The notes beneath the pieces are model-generated. The model saw only the letters and a program-made list of their open reading frames with translations. It was not told the DNA's origin and ran no database searches. From positions 6,673,088 to 6,737,087 of the forward strand of contig NC_052164.1 of the NCBI RefSeq assembly GCF_902713615.1: a stretch of 64,000 nt of DNA, read 5' to 3'. The stretch comes from Scyliorhinus canicula (Eukaryota). Below are positions 50,151 to 62,375 of this stretch, one piece after another (position 1 is the stretch's first letter; every line of letters starts with the position of its first letter). The translations under genes and the position numbers were made by a program.

Positions 50151-50785
50151 GTACCGGAGCGGTGAAGCAGTTGGATTACAAAGTGTGGTTTTCAGCACTG
50201 GAATTGGGACATGAAAATGGGCCAAGTAGGCCGAGATGCAGTCCCCTTACTTGGCTATTAATGTTCATCAGAAATAAGTTCAAGAAGACCTAATCTATAG
50301 GGACCAGTCCCTGTTTCAGAATTAATTGACGTTAATTTCAGAAACTCAATCGGAGGTACCTGAAGGTGAAAATGTGTAGTGAATAAAGATGTTGCACTGG
50401 TGAAGCAGTGAAGCAGTGAGGCTGTGTAGAGCTTTGTCAAATTAATTGCATATGGTGAAAGGACCCCGCGTTTGCTGTGTGCTACAAATTGGGTGAATCC
50501 AGGAGTGGGCTTAGCTGTGATGCTGCTCATAGTTGAGTAACCTTGCTGACACTCATTGTTTGTGTTTGTATATGAAAAGTGGACACTTGGAACAGGAGCT
50601 GGAGGGGTATTAGGGTCCATGTAATTCATGAAGTTAAAGAATCGTGGAAAAAAGCAGACAGGATAGGCCGATAGTGCACAAGCTGCCGCTGACCAGATGA
50701 TTGGAATTTATCCTAAAGTCTCTGTTGATGGCGGGCAGGAAAGTTCCTCTTTCCCAATGGCTACTAACAGTCTTTCTTTTAACAG

Positions 50786-50884
50786 AGTCCGAAAGGTGAA
50801 ACAACAAGATCAAGAATTTAACACCAAAGACTTTGCCTCAAAGGCCCAAGATATTTACATAGAAGCACACAACTGCCTTGTGAA
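50786..50884 (+). CDS. MRPL45: MRPL45 exon 4
   Basis: VRKVKQQDQEFNTKDFASKAQDIYIEAHNCLV; TACTAAC branch point at 50762-50768, pyrimidine tract plus AG, |gtgagt donor, phases 2 and 2. Confidence 0.95.
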
Positions 50885-50999
50885 GTGAGTGACATTTCAA
50901 AGGACTTTGCACACGTAAATGAAAATCTGAAAGCATTGTCCTAGCTATCCTTGCATCAAGAGGATAAAATGTTTTACGAGAGACTTTCACTGTAACCAC

Positions 51000-52455
51000 C
51001 TCAAAGTGGCAAAAAGCATTTGATAGAGTGGAGGTGAAGCATCTGCTTGAGATTCTTGGGAAGTTCGGCTTTCGCCTCAAATTTATTTCCTGGATTTGAA
51101 TACTGTATAGACCCCCGCTGCTAGTCTCTGTATGAATGTCCTGGATTCCGGTTACTTTCCGTTGAATAGGGGCCTTAGGTGTCCCTGCATCTGTTTGTTT
51201 TGGCAATAGAACCGCTCGCTGTAAGCACTGAGGCCCTCTATAAGTGGAGGGGGATATATTGGGGTGGGGGGACGGGAGCATTGAGCGTCCCTTTATGTGG
51301 ATGGCCTACTTCTCTATATTACGCACCCAGTACCCTCCATGGATGAGATAATGAAGCTGCTTAAGAGTTTTGACTTCTTCTGTGGTTGCAAGTCGAACAT
51401 GGAAAAGAGTGAATGTTTGTTTCCTGGTCAACCCCCCTGGGGAGCAGAGCCCAACTGGGACGTTACCTTTTCGTCCTGCCAGACTACCTGTCGCTATTTG
51501 AGGGCCCTGTGTTCCACAGTTGGGCTAAATTACACTAATCTGGTTGACAGTATCAAAAGAGACTTGCAGAGAGGGTATAATGTCATTGACGGGTAGGGCT
51601 AGACTATTAAAACGAACGTGCTCCCGAGATTTCTATTTCTCTTTCAGTGCCTCCCCATTTTTCTCCCCAAGTCCTTTTTTGTTCAAGTCAACAAATTAAT
51701 GTCCTCCTTTATTTGGGCGGTAAGACTCCCAGAATCCATGGGGCTTTCTTCCAAAGAGGCAGATAGGAGATATTGTTGTGGTTTAGCGATCCTGGATCCA
51801 TGTGGGTGCTTTAGTCGGGGTGAAAGTGGATGTCGTCCACTTTGCATCATTGATAGCCCAGAGATGGGTTCAGCTTGGGTGGAGGTCTCCTACTCCTTGG
51901 CTTGATTGGGTGAACATAGAACAGCACAGAACAGGCCCTTCGGCCCTCGATGTTGTGCCGAGCAATGATCACCCTACTCAAACCCACGTATCCACCCTAT
52001 ATGCGTAACCCAACAACCCCCCCCTTAACATTACTTTTTAGGACACTACGGGCAATTTAGCATGGCCAATCCACCTAACCCCCACATCTTTGGACTGTGG
52101 GAGGAAACCGGAGCACCCGGAGCAAACCCACGCACACACGGGGAGGACATGCAGACTCCGCACAGACAGTGACCCAGCCGGGAATCGAACCTGGGACCCT
52201 GGAGCTGTGAAGCATTTATGCTAACCACCATACTACCGTGTTGCCCCTAAGAACGTGTGTCCTTTTTAGCGAAGATGGCAGCTATTCATTTCCTTTTTTA
52301 AGGAGCTAGTGTCTGTCAGCTGTTAGGCGATTTAGTTAGTTTTTGTGTTAAAGTTAATGCATCTTTTTGCTTTTTTGTCTCTTTATTGTGTATATCTGTT
52401 TGATTGTTTTGGGTGCTTTTGATTCTGAATTTTTTTTCATAAACATATTTAAAAA
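51000..52455 (+). mobile_element. L1-clade RT and 3' remnant with an internal SINE
   Basis: KAFDRVE, LYVDGLLLYI, KTNVLPRFLFLFQCLPIFLPKSFF. Confidence 0.75.
51915..52248 (-). mobile_element. Longer HE1/V-type SINE. Other copies: 18540-18833(-), 28490-28800(-), 39165-39440(+)
   Basis: Same head plus the CCGGGTGCTCCGGTTTCCTCCCAC core, with LINE-like tails. Confidence 0.85.
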
Positions 52456-54339
52456 AAATATCTCTGAGGCTTGTGGGAGCTGGCTGCACACACGTTATCT
52501 GCCATGTTTCCTACATTGTAACAGAGGTTGCACTTCAAAGGTGCTTCATGGGGTCTAACCACAGTGGGAAATTCTGAATTTGTGAAAGGTGCAATATGAA
52601 TTCAAGTTCTTTTTTTTAGATCAGAAATTATGCAGCTGAGCAAATGCATGAAAACAAACATGTGATTTATACTAGTGAATATTGCTACTCCAACTCTTAG
52701 CTTACTAATTGATAATTAATCAGTTAGCAGATGTTTCCAAAGTTGTTTTAAAAATTTAAAGTACACAATTCATTTTTTCCAATTAAGGGGCAATTTAGCA
52801 TGCTCAATCCACCTAGTCTGTATATCTTTGGGTTGTGGGGGTGAAACACACAGACAGTGACCCAGAGCCGGGATCGAACCTCGGTGCCGTGAGGCAGCAG
52901 GGCTAACCCACTGTGCCACCGTGCTGCCCCAGATGTTTGCAAAGTTGATTTCCCGTAAGTTAGTTTTGACCTCAACTCTCCCTAGAATGAAAGGACTTTC
53001 GTAGTTTTATTTGAGTTCTCGTTTGTGAAATTTGTCCAACTGGATCTCGTGCACCTATTGTTTTTGATGATCTTGTTAGTTTACCTGACCAGACCGCAAT
53101 GTTTGTTAGGATACCATAAGAGAAACTCACGATAATTTGCAACTTTTAAAACTGTGAGGAAAGGATACTTCACCTCGGGAGTGATGACTCTGACCAATAG
53201 ATATCTTTCATGTTAAAACAAACTTTAATTTAAACACATTAACATCAAAGAAATAGCTTTACAATTAACAGTTAAACGGTTCTTAAATAAAAGGAAAAAC
53301 TTTAATTCACTATATACACCTACTACTATATATAGTCCAACTAAGCAACCCAATGTAGTTCAAAATCCACTCATAAAGTTAGCAATCAGCGTTACTTGCT
53401 GTTCTCTGTGCTGCCCTCTGGAGAGAGACCCTTTCAGGAACAACCTGAAAATCCTTTTGTCTTGTCAGACTCAAATCTTAAGGCAAAACTACCAAAAACT
53501 ACAGACAGACCTGGCTCCTCCCATTAATTACATCATCTGTATACCATTAAGATGTCCCATGAGCTTCTTGGCTGGAACTAAACACATTAATTATCTACAC
53601 CCCAGGGAATCTCCATTCTATCATTATATTCCATTTGCCATTGACATGTAAACAAGTAAACAGTTAAAATCAATGATTACCTCACCTTTATGACTCCTTA
53701 ATCACAGGTTTAACAGATCTGTCGCCTGTATGTATTTGAATCCCAGGCTTTTAATAACGCTATGATAACAAAATATAATATATAACAATTTCCTACATTC
53801 AGCACAATCCCAAATATTATTCCTTCGACTAATGTCTAAATATTCAGCCTCATCTCAAGCTGGCTCACTGACACCAGTGACCATGCTTGCATGAGTGTTG
53901 CCGATGGTTATTGCCTATTCAGCTCGATTGAGTCAACTCGATCCTGCCTGATGATGTTCATACATATGCACTGCTGTAGTAGAGTGGTACTGGATAGAGA
54001 TCAGGGTAGGAAGACGGATTGTGAACAGTGTATTTATCCAGGAATCAGTCAGAGTTGTCAGTAAGTTAAATTTAATGGACTGATACCAATAGCTTCCTGT
54101 GTGTTGGTGTGGGGAGGTTTTCAGGAGTTGCGTTCCTAAACTATGATCGTGACACTTTTGCTGAAGACTGGACTCTCATCTACTGCTTGTTAATTTCTGC
54201 GCAGGGTAGATTTATTAGAATGCTGTCAGGGATTAAGAACTTCAGTTATGTGGGGACATGAGGGAAGTTGGGATTGTTTTCCTTAGGGCAGAGAGGGTTA
54301 AGGAGGGCCTGTTTTCATGCTGTAAACCTCCTATGACTC

Positions 54340-55050
54340 TATGACACACAAATGCCAGGCAATGACTATCTCCTACAAGAGAGAATCTAACCATTGCCCC
54401 TTGACATTCAATGGCATTACCATCACTGAATCCCCCACAATCAACATCCTGGGGTGTTGATCAGAAACTGAACTGGACTAGCCACATTAATACTGTGGCT
54501 ACCTAACAGGGCAGGTCAAAGGCTAGGAGCCCTCACCTCCTGACTCCCCAAAGCCTGCCCACCATCTACAAAGCACAAATCAGGAGTGTAGTGGAATGCT
54601 GTCCACGTGTCTGGATGACACTCCACAACAGTCAAGAAGCTCGAGACCATTCAGGACAAAGCAGCCCGCTTGATTTCTCCTTCTTCCACAAACATGTAAA
54701 CCCTCCACCATCGACGAACAGTGGCAGCCTTAGATGCACTACAGTAACTCACCAAGTGATAGCACCTGCCAAACCCACAACCACTACCATCTAGAAGGAC
54801 AAAAGCAGCAGATACCTGGGAATCCCACCACCTGGATGTTCACCTCCAAGTCACTCACCACCCTGACTTGGAAATATATCGCCGTTCCTTCACTGTCGCT
54901 GAAACACAATCGTGGAACTCCCTCCCTAACAGCACAATGGGTGTACCTACACCTGAAGGACTGCAGCGGTTTAAGAAGGCAGCTCACCACCACCTTCTGA
55001 AGGGCAACTAGGGATGGGCAATAAATGCTGGCCCAAGCAGCGATGGCCAC
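54340..55050 (+). mobile_element. LINE 3' fragment, second CR1-like family (related pieces near 46260-46610 and 47085-47190)
   Basis: CAGAAACTGAACTGGAC...CACCATCTACAAAGCACAA...GGGCAACTAGGGATGGGCAATAAATGCTGG tail. Confidence 0.6.
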
Positions 55051-55304
55051 ATCCCGTATATGAACAGAAAATAAGAGAATTGGGTAAATACTTGAAGAGG
55101 AAATGGAGAAAGTGCAGATGAGTGGGTCTAATTGGATAGCTTATTCAAAACAACAGTGCAGTCACATTGGGCAAAATGGCTGCTTTCTGTGCTGTGAGAT
55201 TCATGATTCCATTCCCATGGTGTATTGAGCTGTTAACTGAAGAGAATTCGGGGATTTATTGCCGTGAACACAAAGTGATTTTTAAAAATTGTTTTTGTTT
55301 ACAG

Positions 55305-55353
55305 TTTTGACAAAGTAATGTTTCACAAGTTGGTAACAGAGCGCTGTTACCCG
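55305..55353 (+). CDS. MRPL45: MRPL45 exon 5
   Basis: (N)FDKVMFHKLVTERCYP, compare human HDRLHTLVTEHCFP; tttgtttacag| acceptor, |gtgagt donor, phases 2 and 0. Confidence 0.92.
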
Positions 55354-57349
55354 GTGAGTATGTTTCTCATTTTGTGACTTTATATTTGCAAGTAATCTTT
55401 AAAAAATGTCCTGGGCAGGGGAGAGAGACGGACAGAAACCCGAACTCTTCTATCCTTCTGTCTTTAATCAGTGTGCGTTAATTTAACTAAGACGGGGCAG
55501 GACGGTGGCACAGTGGTTAGCACTGCTGCCTCACGGCGCCGAGGTCCCAGGCTCGATCCCGGGTCTGGGTCAGTGTCCGTGTGGAGTTTGCACATTCTCC
55601 CCTGTGTTTGCGTGGGTCTCACCCACCAAAGATGTGCAGGGTAGGTGAATTGGCCACCTAAATTGCCCCTTAATTGGAAAAAATAATTGGGTATACTAAA
55701 TTTATTTTTAAAAAATGTAACTAAGACTAAAGTGTGTTCCCAAGCCCCCTTTGTGTGTGGTCAGCTTTTATTTTTTAAATAAATTTAGTGTACCCAATTC
55801 ATTTTTCCAATTAAGCGAAATTTAGCGTGGCCAATCCACCTAGCCTGCACATCTTTGGGTTGTGGGGGCGAAACCCACGCAGACACAGGGAGAATGTGCA
55901 AACTCCACACGGACAGTGACCCAGAGCCGGGATCGAACCTGGGACCTCGGCACCGTGAGTCAGCAGGGCTAACCCCCTGTGCCACTGTGCTGCCCTGTGG
56001 TCAGCTTTTATAAAGTCACCAGCAGCAGATTTCCATGGATTTTTAAACCAAGTAGTATGAATTATTCACACACACTTTTTCCAGAAAGATTCATCACTGC
56101 TTCACCCACATCACAGACACATGTCACGAGATCCAAACTTATCTTATTGATGAGCAGGGGTCGGGAACGCCAAGACCCAGCAGGCCTAGGGGGTTTTGGC
56201 ACAGACACAAACCGGGAACCGGCAGCAATCCAGCATTTTGAATGTCTTTGGGCCAAGTGCTCCTGTGTAAAAATAAAATGCTGTGGGCTGTTGGAGGAGT
56301 AGTGTTTTGCTTGGCGCATGCCTGAAATTCGGTGCGCTGTTGTTGAGCCTCTCTGAATCAGAGTATCTTTTAGAGAGAATCCCAAGGTAAGATTTTTGAC
56401 GGTGAAGACCCGAATCCCTCACGAGAGAAACAATTTCAATCCGGTTCAACACTCGATGTTTACTGATGTCTGGGTAGGTGGGTTATTAAGAAATCCATGG
56501 AATTTGTCTTGGTTGCATCTACCATGTATTGTGCAGTGTATCGTGCTCGGCCACAGTTTATCTGTTAATTCATATCTCATTTTTAATACTGAATATTAGA
56601 GTATAAAATATAAATTGTAAATTGTTTTATCTTTCTGACGTATGGTAAAGTTTATTTTTGTTTGTTCAAAATCAGTGGAAACTTGTGGCAAATCTCAGCA
56701 AAATCTCTTGGCAAGTGTCTTGGATCTCAAACTTGGTTGACTTGTACCAAAATACCTTGGGGCCTGGTTTAGAACTATAACATACACAAGAAAGATACAG
56801 TAAAAGATTGGAGTTGCCCCCCAACAAATATGAAAACTAAACAGAATAGTTAACAATTCCTATGTTTGTACAAGTCCAGGGAGAAGGGCTATTCCACTTG
56901 GGAGCTGAGATTCAGATGAGTCCAGATTTGTGTAAACAGGATTTTAGAGAGTTTTTAAGAATAAGATTTGCACAGCAAGTAGAATAGACAGCTTTAATAA
57001 TACTTTTAATCAGAGGACCAGTTTTCCTTTTCGAGGCAAACGTGGGTTTTTTTTGGCACAGGCTTTCAAGAAGGCTTTAAAAACCTTACGCTTGGTGGCC
57101 TGGTTGAAGGTTAGATGTTTCGGCCTGATTTTAGCAGTGGTCTTCACTCTGATCTGACTCCTGGACTCTGCAGTCTGCTGCAAAAACCAAGGAGGGCTTG
57201 TAATAAAAGGCTTTCAGAAATCGGAGTATTGGTCATGTGATAACTAGCCATTGATATATGATGGAAAATAATCAATAGTTTAATAATGTTAACAAAGGAG
57301 TTGCCACCTCTGATAAAATAGAGACATATAGGCATCCTTTTAACAAAAT

Positions 57350-60300
57350 GTTTCTTTAAAAAATTTCACGTTCAACAAAACCATCCAAAACAATTAACCA
57401 AAGTTGCACAACAGAAAAAAAGAAACAAACAAGCAAGAACACATATTAACTATAACCCCCAAAAAAACTAAACAGCTGACGGTGACTAGCCCCTTAAACA
57501 ATGAAGTGAATGGTTACCATCTTAGGTCGAACCCTTCTACCAACCCCCTAATGGTGTATTTAACCTTCTCCAAATTTAGAAAAGACATGAAGAACATATC
57601 AGCCATGATCGAATGGCAGAGCAGACTTGATGGGCTGATAACCTAACTCTGTGCCTATAGCTTATGGTTTTATGAGGTCACCCAACCAAACTGAGGCACT
57701 AGGTGGAGTAGGAGACCTCCACCCAGGCAGAACTCGTCTCTGGGCTATCAACGAGGCAAAGATGAGGACATCTGTCTTCACCTCCGACTGAAGCACCGGC
57801 AAGCCTGATACCCCAACTGTGGCCAGCAGTGAACATGGATCCAAATCTATATTGAGTATCTTTGACCTGGTATTAAAGCAAGAGGCCCAGCAGCTTACAA
57901 ACTTGGAACAGGACCAGAATATGTCTGTGTGGTTAGCTGACCCCTGAGAGCATTGCTCACACCTGTCCTTCACCCCAGAGAAGAATCTGCTCATCCTCGC
58001 TTTAGTCGGATGCGCCCTGTGCACCACCTTGAATTGAATCAACCTTAGTCGAGCTCATGAAGACGTGTCTTGACCCTGCAAAGAGCCTCTCTCCGCACCT
58101 CACATCCAGAATGGGACCCAATTCACCCACCCATTTCCTTCTCGCCTCACTCAATGGAGCTGACTCTGCTGAGAGGATATGGCCATCGACCTGGCCAAAG
58201 GCAACATCCTCATCAACAGGATGGTGCCAAGGGAAAGGAGGGAAAGCCTTGTGCAAAAAATTACAAATCTAAAAATACCTGTAAAGACTGGAAGCAGGCA
58301 GTTGGGATTTCTCTGCCATCTCCTTAGAACTCCCCACTCTGCCATCTCCCCACGAACAGGTCGAGTCCAAACCCGCTGGTAGAAAAAGGTGGTTATTGCA
58401 GGTGGCAAAGACAGGGGACAGAGCTTGAAGCGGTGCCAAAACGGCTTCCAAATTCTCAGGGTGACGTCCACCACTGGGTTCAAGGAAAATCTCACCGGAG
58501 AAAAAGGCAATGGCTCAGTAACGATTGCGCGAAGGCTTGAAACATTGCAAGAGCTCGCTTCCATGTGTCCCCATATGGTACCGGGATGACTGAACCATAA
58601 CAATATCTCCTGAATACTGGCTGCCCAATAGTAAAACAATAAATTGGGGAGGGCCACTCCCGCCGATTGTCTGTCTCTTTGGAGGAAAGCCCCATGGATT
58701 ACCTGCCCAAATAAAGGAGGACATTCATTTGAAAAAAAAAATTTAGAGTGCCCAATTCATTTTTTCCAATTAAGGGGCAATTTAGCGTGGCTTATCCACT
58801 TACTCTGCACATCTTTGGGTTGTGGGGGCAAAACCCACGCAAACACAGGAGAATGTGCAAACTCTACACGGACAGTGACCCAGAGCCGGGATCGAACCTG
58901 GGACCTCGGCGTCGTGAGGCAGAAGTGCTAACCATCCGCCACCGTGCTGCTGGAGGACATTAATTTGTTGAGTTTAACAAAAAGGACTTGGGGAGAAATA
59001 TGGGGAGGCACTGAAAGAGAAACAAAACACGTTAATTTTAATAGTCTGAACCCTACCTGCCAATGATAGGGGGGGGGGGGGGTTATCCCCACCTCTGCAA
59101 GTCCGAACTGACACTGTCAAGGTCAGTGTAATTTAATTCATGAATTGAAGCCCAATCGTGGTCCACTTGGACCTGCAGATAACGAAGCTAGTCTTGGCAA
59201 GGCGAGACGGTAACTCCCCAGTTGGGCTCTCCTCCCCGGGGGCTTGACCGGGAAACATTCGCTCTTGTCCAAGTTCAAGTTGTAACCAGAGAATGAGCCA
59301 TAAATCCTGAGCAGCTTCATTATCTCATCTGTACTGGGCCCGCAATGTAGAGAAGTAGGTCATCCGTATAAAGGGACACTGATGCTCCACCCCTCCCCAA
59401 TTAATCCCACTCCATTTAATAGAAGACCTCAGCATTAAAGCAAGCGGCTCTATTGCCAATGCAAACGAGTGCAGACAGTCGAAATAAACTTATGGTCAAG
59501 AATCTCAAACAGATACTCCCACTCTACTCTGTCAAATGCCTTTTCAGCATCCAGGGAAACAATCACCTCCCTTACGGGCACCGAGGAGGGAAAAGGACAA
59601 TGTTTAGCAGGCGACATATATTGGCTGAGGATAGATTTGCTCATCTCAGAACCCGCTCCTTCTCTTTGAAGCTTCACTATTACCACATGCGGTGGATCCT
59701 CAGGACGAGGCCTCTGCTGGGGTATAGGGTGGGCTCGATCCAATGCAGAAGGGGACGTGAATCCACCCTCCGTCCACTATCTTACTGAACATCTCTGCAT
59801 AGTACTTCGTGGGTGATGGGCCCTCCATCCCCTCTGGCAACCCCACAATTCAAATGCTTTGCCTCCTGGACCAAGATCATTCACCTTGACCTTCAACGAC
59901 TTGTTCGCTTTGGTCATCAAAGACATTCTCGCTTCCAGTGAGCATTCTGATCACTGTGTCTGGAAAGAGCCACTTTCATAACTTTTATCGTGGCTCCATG
60001 GGCTTTCACGGTTTTGTTGGTCTTCTGCAGAACTGCTCGGATGGGGGCCAAGGCTTCCCTCATTGATTTCAGGTGATCTCTGAAACAATCCGCCAATGAT
60101 ATTCAAACCTTTACCAAGGCACTCGAAAGCAACATGGCTGTTAGTGGAGTGGCTGGAGCCCCCAGGATGCCTCCGCCATTTTATCTGTTCATGAACCCTG
60201 AAAAACTTCTGTCGACAACCTTCTGCTGTCACCTTCTTTCCCCTGACCTTTCTGGGTATTTCAATCATATAGGATCCTTATCCCATTACTTATGTGGGTT

Positions 60301-60400
60301 TTCAAAAGAAGTATATCCCGTGAAACTGAGAGAAATGGGCAAAATCTGTAGTCCTCTAGTAGGAGCCACCTTGTGCGTGTCTTCCCCGTACATTACGCTC
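57350..60400 (-). mobile_element. L1-clade remnant (ORF1/ORF2) in MRPL45 intron 5
   Basis: SLDAEKAFDRVEWEYLF, YGSFSGYNLNLDKSE, ALPNLLFYYWAA, IQFKVVHRAH. Confidence 0.8.
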
Positions 60401-60870
60401 GACATACAGGAATCCTTCGTACATGCCTTGTGCATAATCAGTTGAATTAGTTTCCCTTTGTTACCTGACATATATTGAGTCAAAATGTCTGAGGGCTTGC
60501 TGTCTCTATTTTGGGGTAAGTCCTGACGATAGCAAGTACAATATTCCACGAGGATATTGTCGGGAAGACCATTGTATTCCATTTAAGAAACTTCCAGAAG
60601 CTTGGTCAACTTCCAGTTCCAAAAATAAGGTGACCTATTGCAGCTATCTTAAAGGTTAACAGTGCCCTTTTTAAAGAGGGTGTATACAGGTTTTTAAAAA
60701 TTTGTAAAGTCAGTGCGGCATGACGATAATTTTGCATTTGGCTTCACCACACCTTTGCAGGGAGGTTGGGTTCATCCAAGTTGATGAAAGAGGGTCACCG
60801 AGAAATCTGGATTAACCCTTCTTCCGATTGAGAAAAGTCGACTAATCTGAGTACTTGGTCTTCCCATTAG

Positions 60871-61019
60871 GATATGGTGCGTGGCAACAGGTACAAGACT
60901 ATTCGCTGGAAGTTCCTGCAGTCGTTGGAGCCACCTAAGCTTGTTCATGTCCGATGCCCTGATATGGTCAGCAAAGGGAACCTGTATGGCAGGTTACCAT
61001 CCGATTCCACACCCAACAG
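60871..61019 (+). CDS. MRPL45: MRPL45 exon 6 (Tim44-like domain), apparent 1-nt deletion near 60990
   Basis: DMVRGNRYKTIRWKFLQSLEPPKLVHVRCPDMVSKGNLYG, then in a shifted frame QVTIRFHTQQ; cccattag| acceptor, CAG|gtattg donor; length 149 nt. Confidence 0.9.
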
Positions 61020-61649
61020 GTATTGGTCAGCCAGCCCCTTTTATCAGTGATTACGGGAGAGCCCAAATGAGTGAGAAACTTAAAATTTCGATAAGGGGAA
61101 GCTGGGATTGCTCTCCTTAAAGCAGAGAATTTTCAGAAGTGACTTAGTGGAGGTATTTAGAATCATAAGGGTATATACAGAGTAAATAAAGAGAAACCGT
61201 TTCTATTGGCTGAAGGATCAATAAAGGGCACAGCTTTTCAGGTGATTGGCAAAAGAGTCAGAGGCGACAATAAGAAAAATGTTTTTAAGTGTTGCGTGGT
61301 TAGGATTTGGAATACATTTCTTGATACGGTGGTGGATGCAGATTCAAAAGCAGCCTTCGAAAAGGAATGGAATAATTAGGTGAAAGAGAAAAGCATTGCA
61401 GAGATCCGAGAAAGAGCTGGCTGCTCTTTGAAAGGGCCAGAGCAGAGTTGTTGGGCTGAATGGTCTGCTTCTGTACTGCTCTGCGATTCTATAAGATTTG
61501 CAGGTGGACATTTGTTACAGTGTAGAAGAAATCTCAGCAAGTTATTTAGGTTTCCTTATTGGTGTAGAGCATGGAAACAAGCCATTCAGTCAAACTGGTC
61601 TCTCCACATGAGCCTCAGCTCACCCTGTTTCATCTCACCCCATCAACAT

Positions 61650-62375
61650 ATCATAGATACATAGAAGATAGGAGCAGGAGGAGGCCTTTTGGCCCTTCGA
61701 GCCTGCTCCGCCATTCATCACAATCATGGCTGATCATCCAACTCAATAGCCTAATCCTGCTTTCTCCCCATAGCCTTTGATTCCATTCTCCCCAAGTGCT
61801 ATATCTAGCCGCTTCTTGAATATATTCAAAGTTTTAGCATCAGCTGCTTCCTGAGGTAATGAATTCCACAGGCTCACCACTCTTTGTGTGAAGAAATGAT
61901 CTCCTCATCTCTGTCCTAAATGGTTTACCCTGAATCCTCAGACTGTGACCCCTGGTTCTGGACACACCCATCATTGGTAACATCTTCCCTGCATCTACCC
62001 TGTCTAGTTCAGTTAGAATTTTGTAAGTCTCTCTGAGATCCCCCCTCATTCTTCTGAACTCCAGCGAGAACAAACCCAACCTAGTCAATCTCTCCTCATA
62101 TGACATTCCCGCCATCCCCAGGATCTGTCCGGTAAACCTTTGTTGCACTCCCTCGAGAGCAAGAACATCCTTCCTCGGAAAAGGAGACCAAAACTGCTCA
62201 CAATACTCCAGGTGTGGCCTCAACAAGGCACTGTACATTTGCAGCAACACATCCCTGCTTCTATACTCAAAACCTCTCGCAATGAAGGCCAACACACCAT
62301 TAGCCTTCTTTACCACCTGCTGCACCTGCATGCTTACCTTCAGTGAATGGTGCACAAGGACACTCGGGTTCTGCT
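61650..62375 (-). mobile_element. CR1-clade LINE 3' fragment
   Basis: ORF 61840-62379 KKANGVLAFIARGFEYRS...RPHLEYC.QFWSP...TRGHSLRI. Confidence 0.9.
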
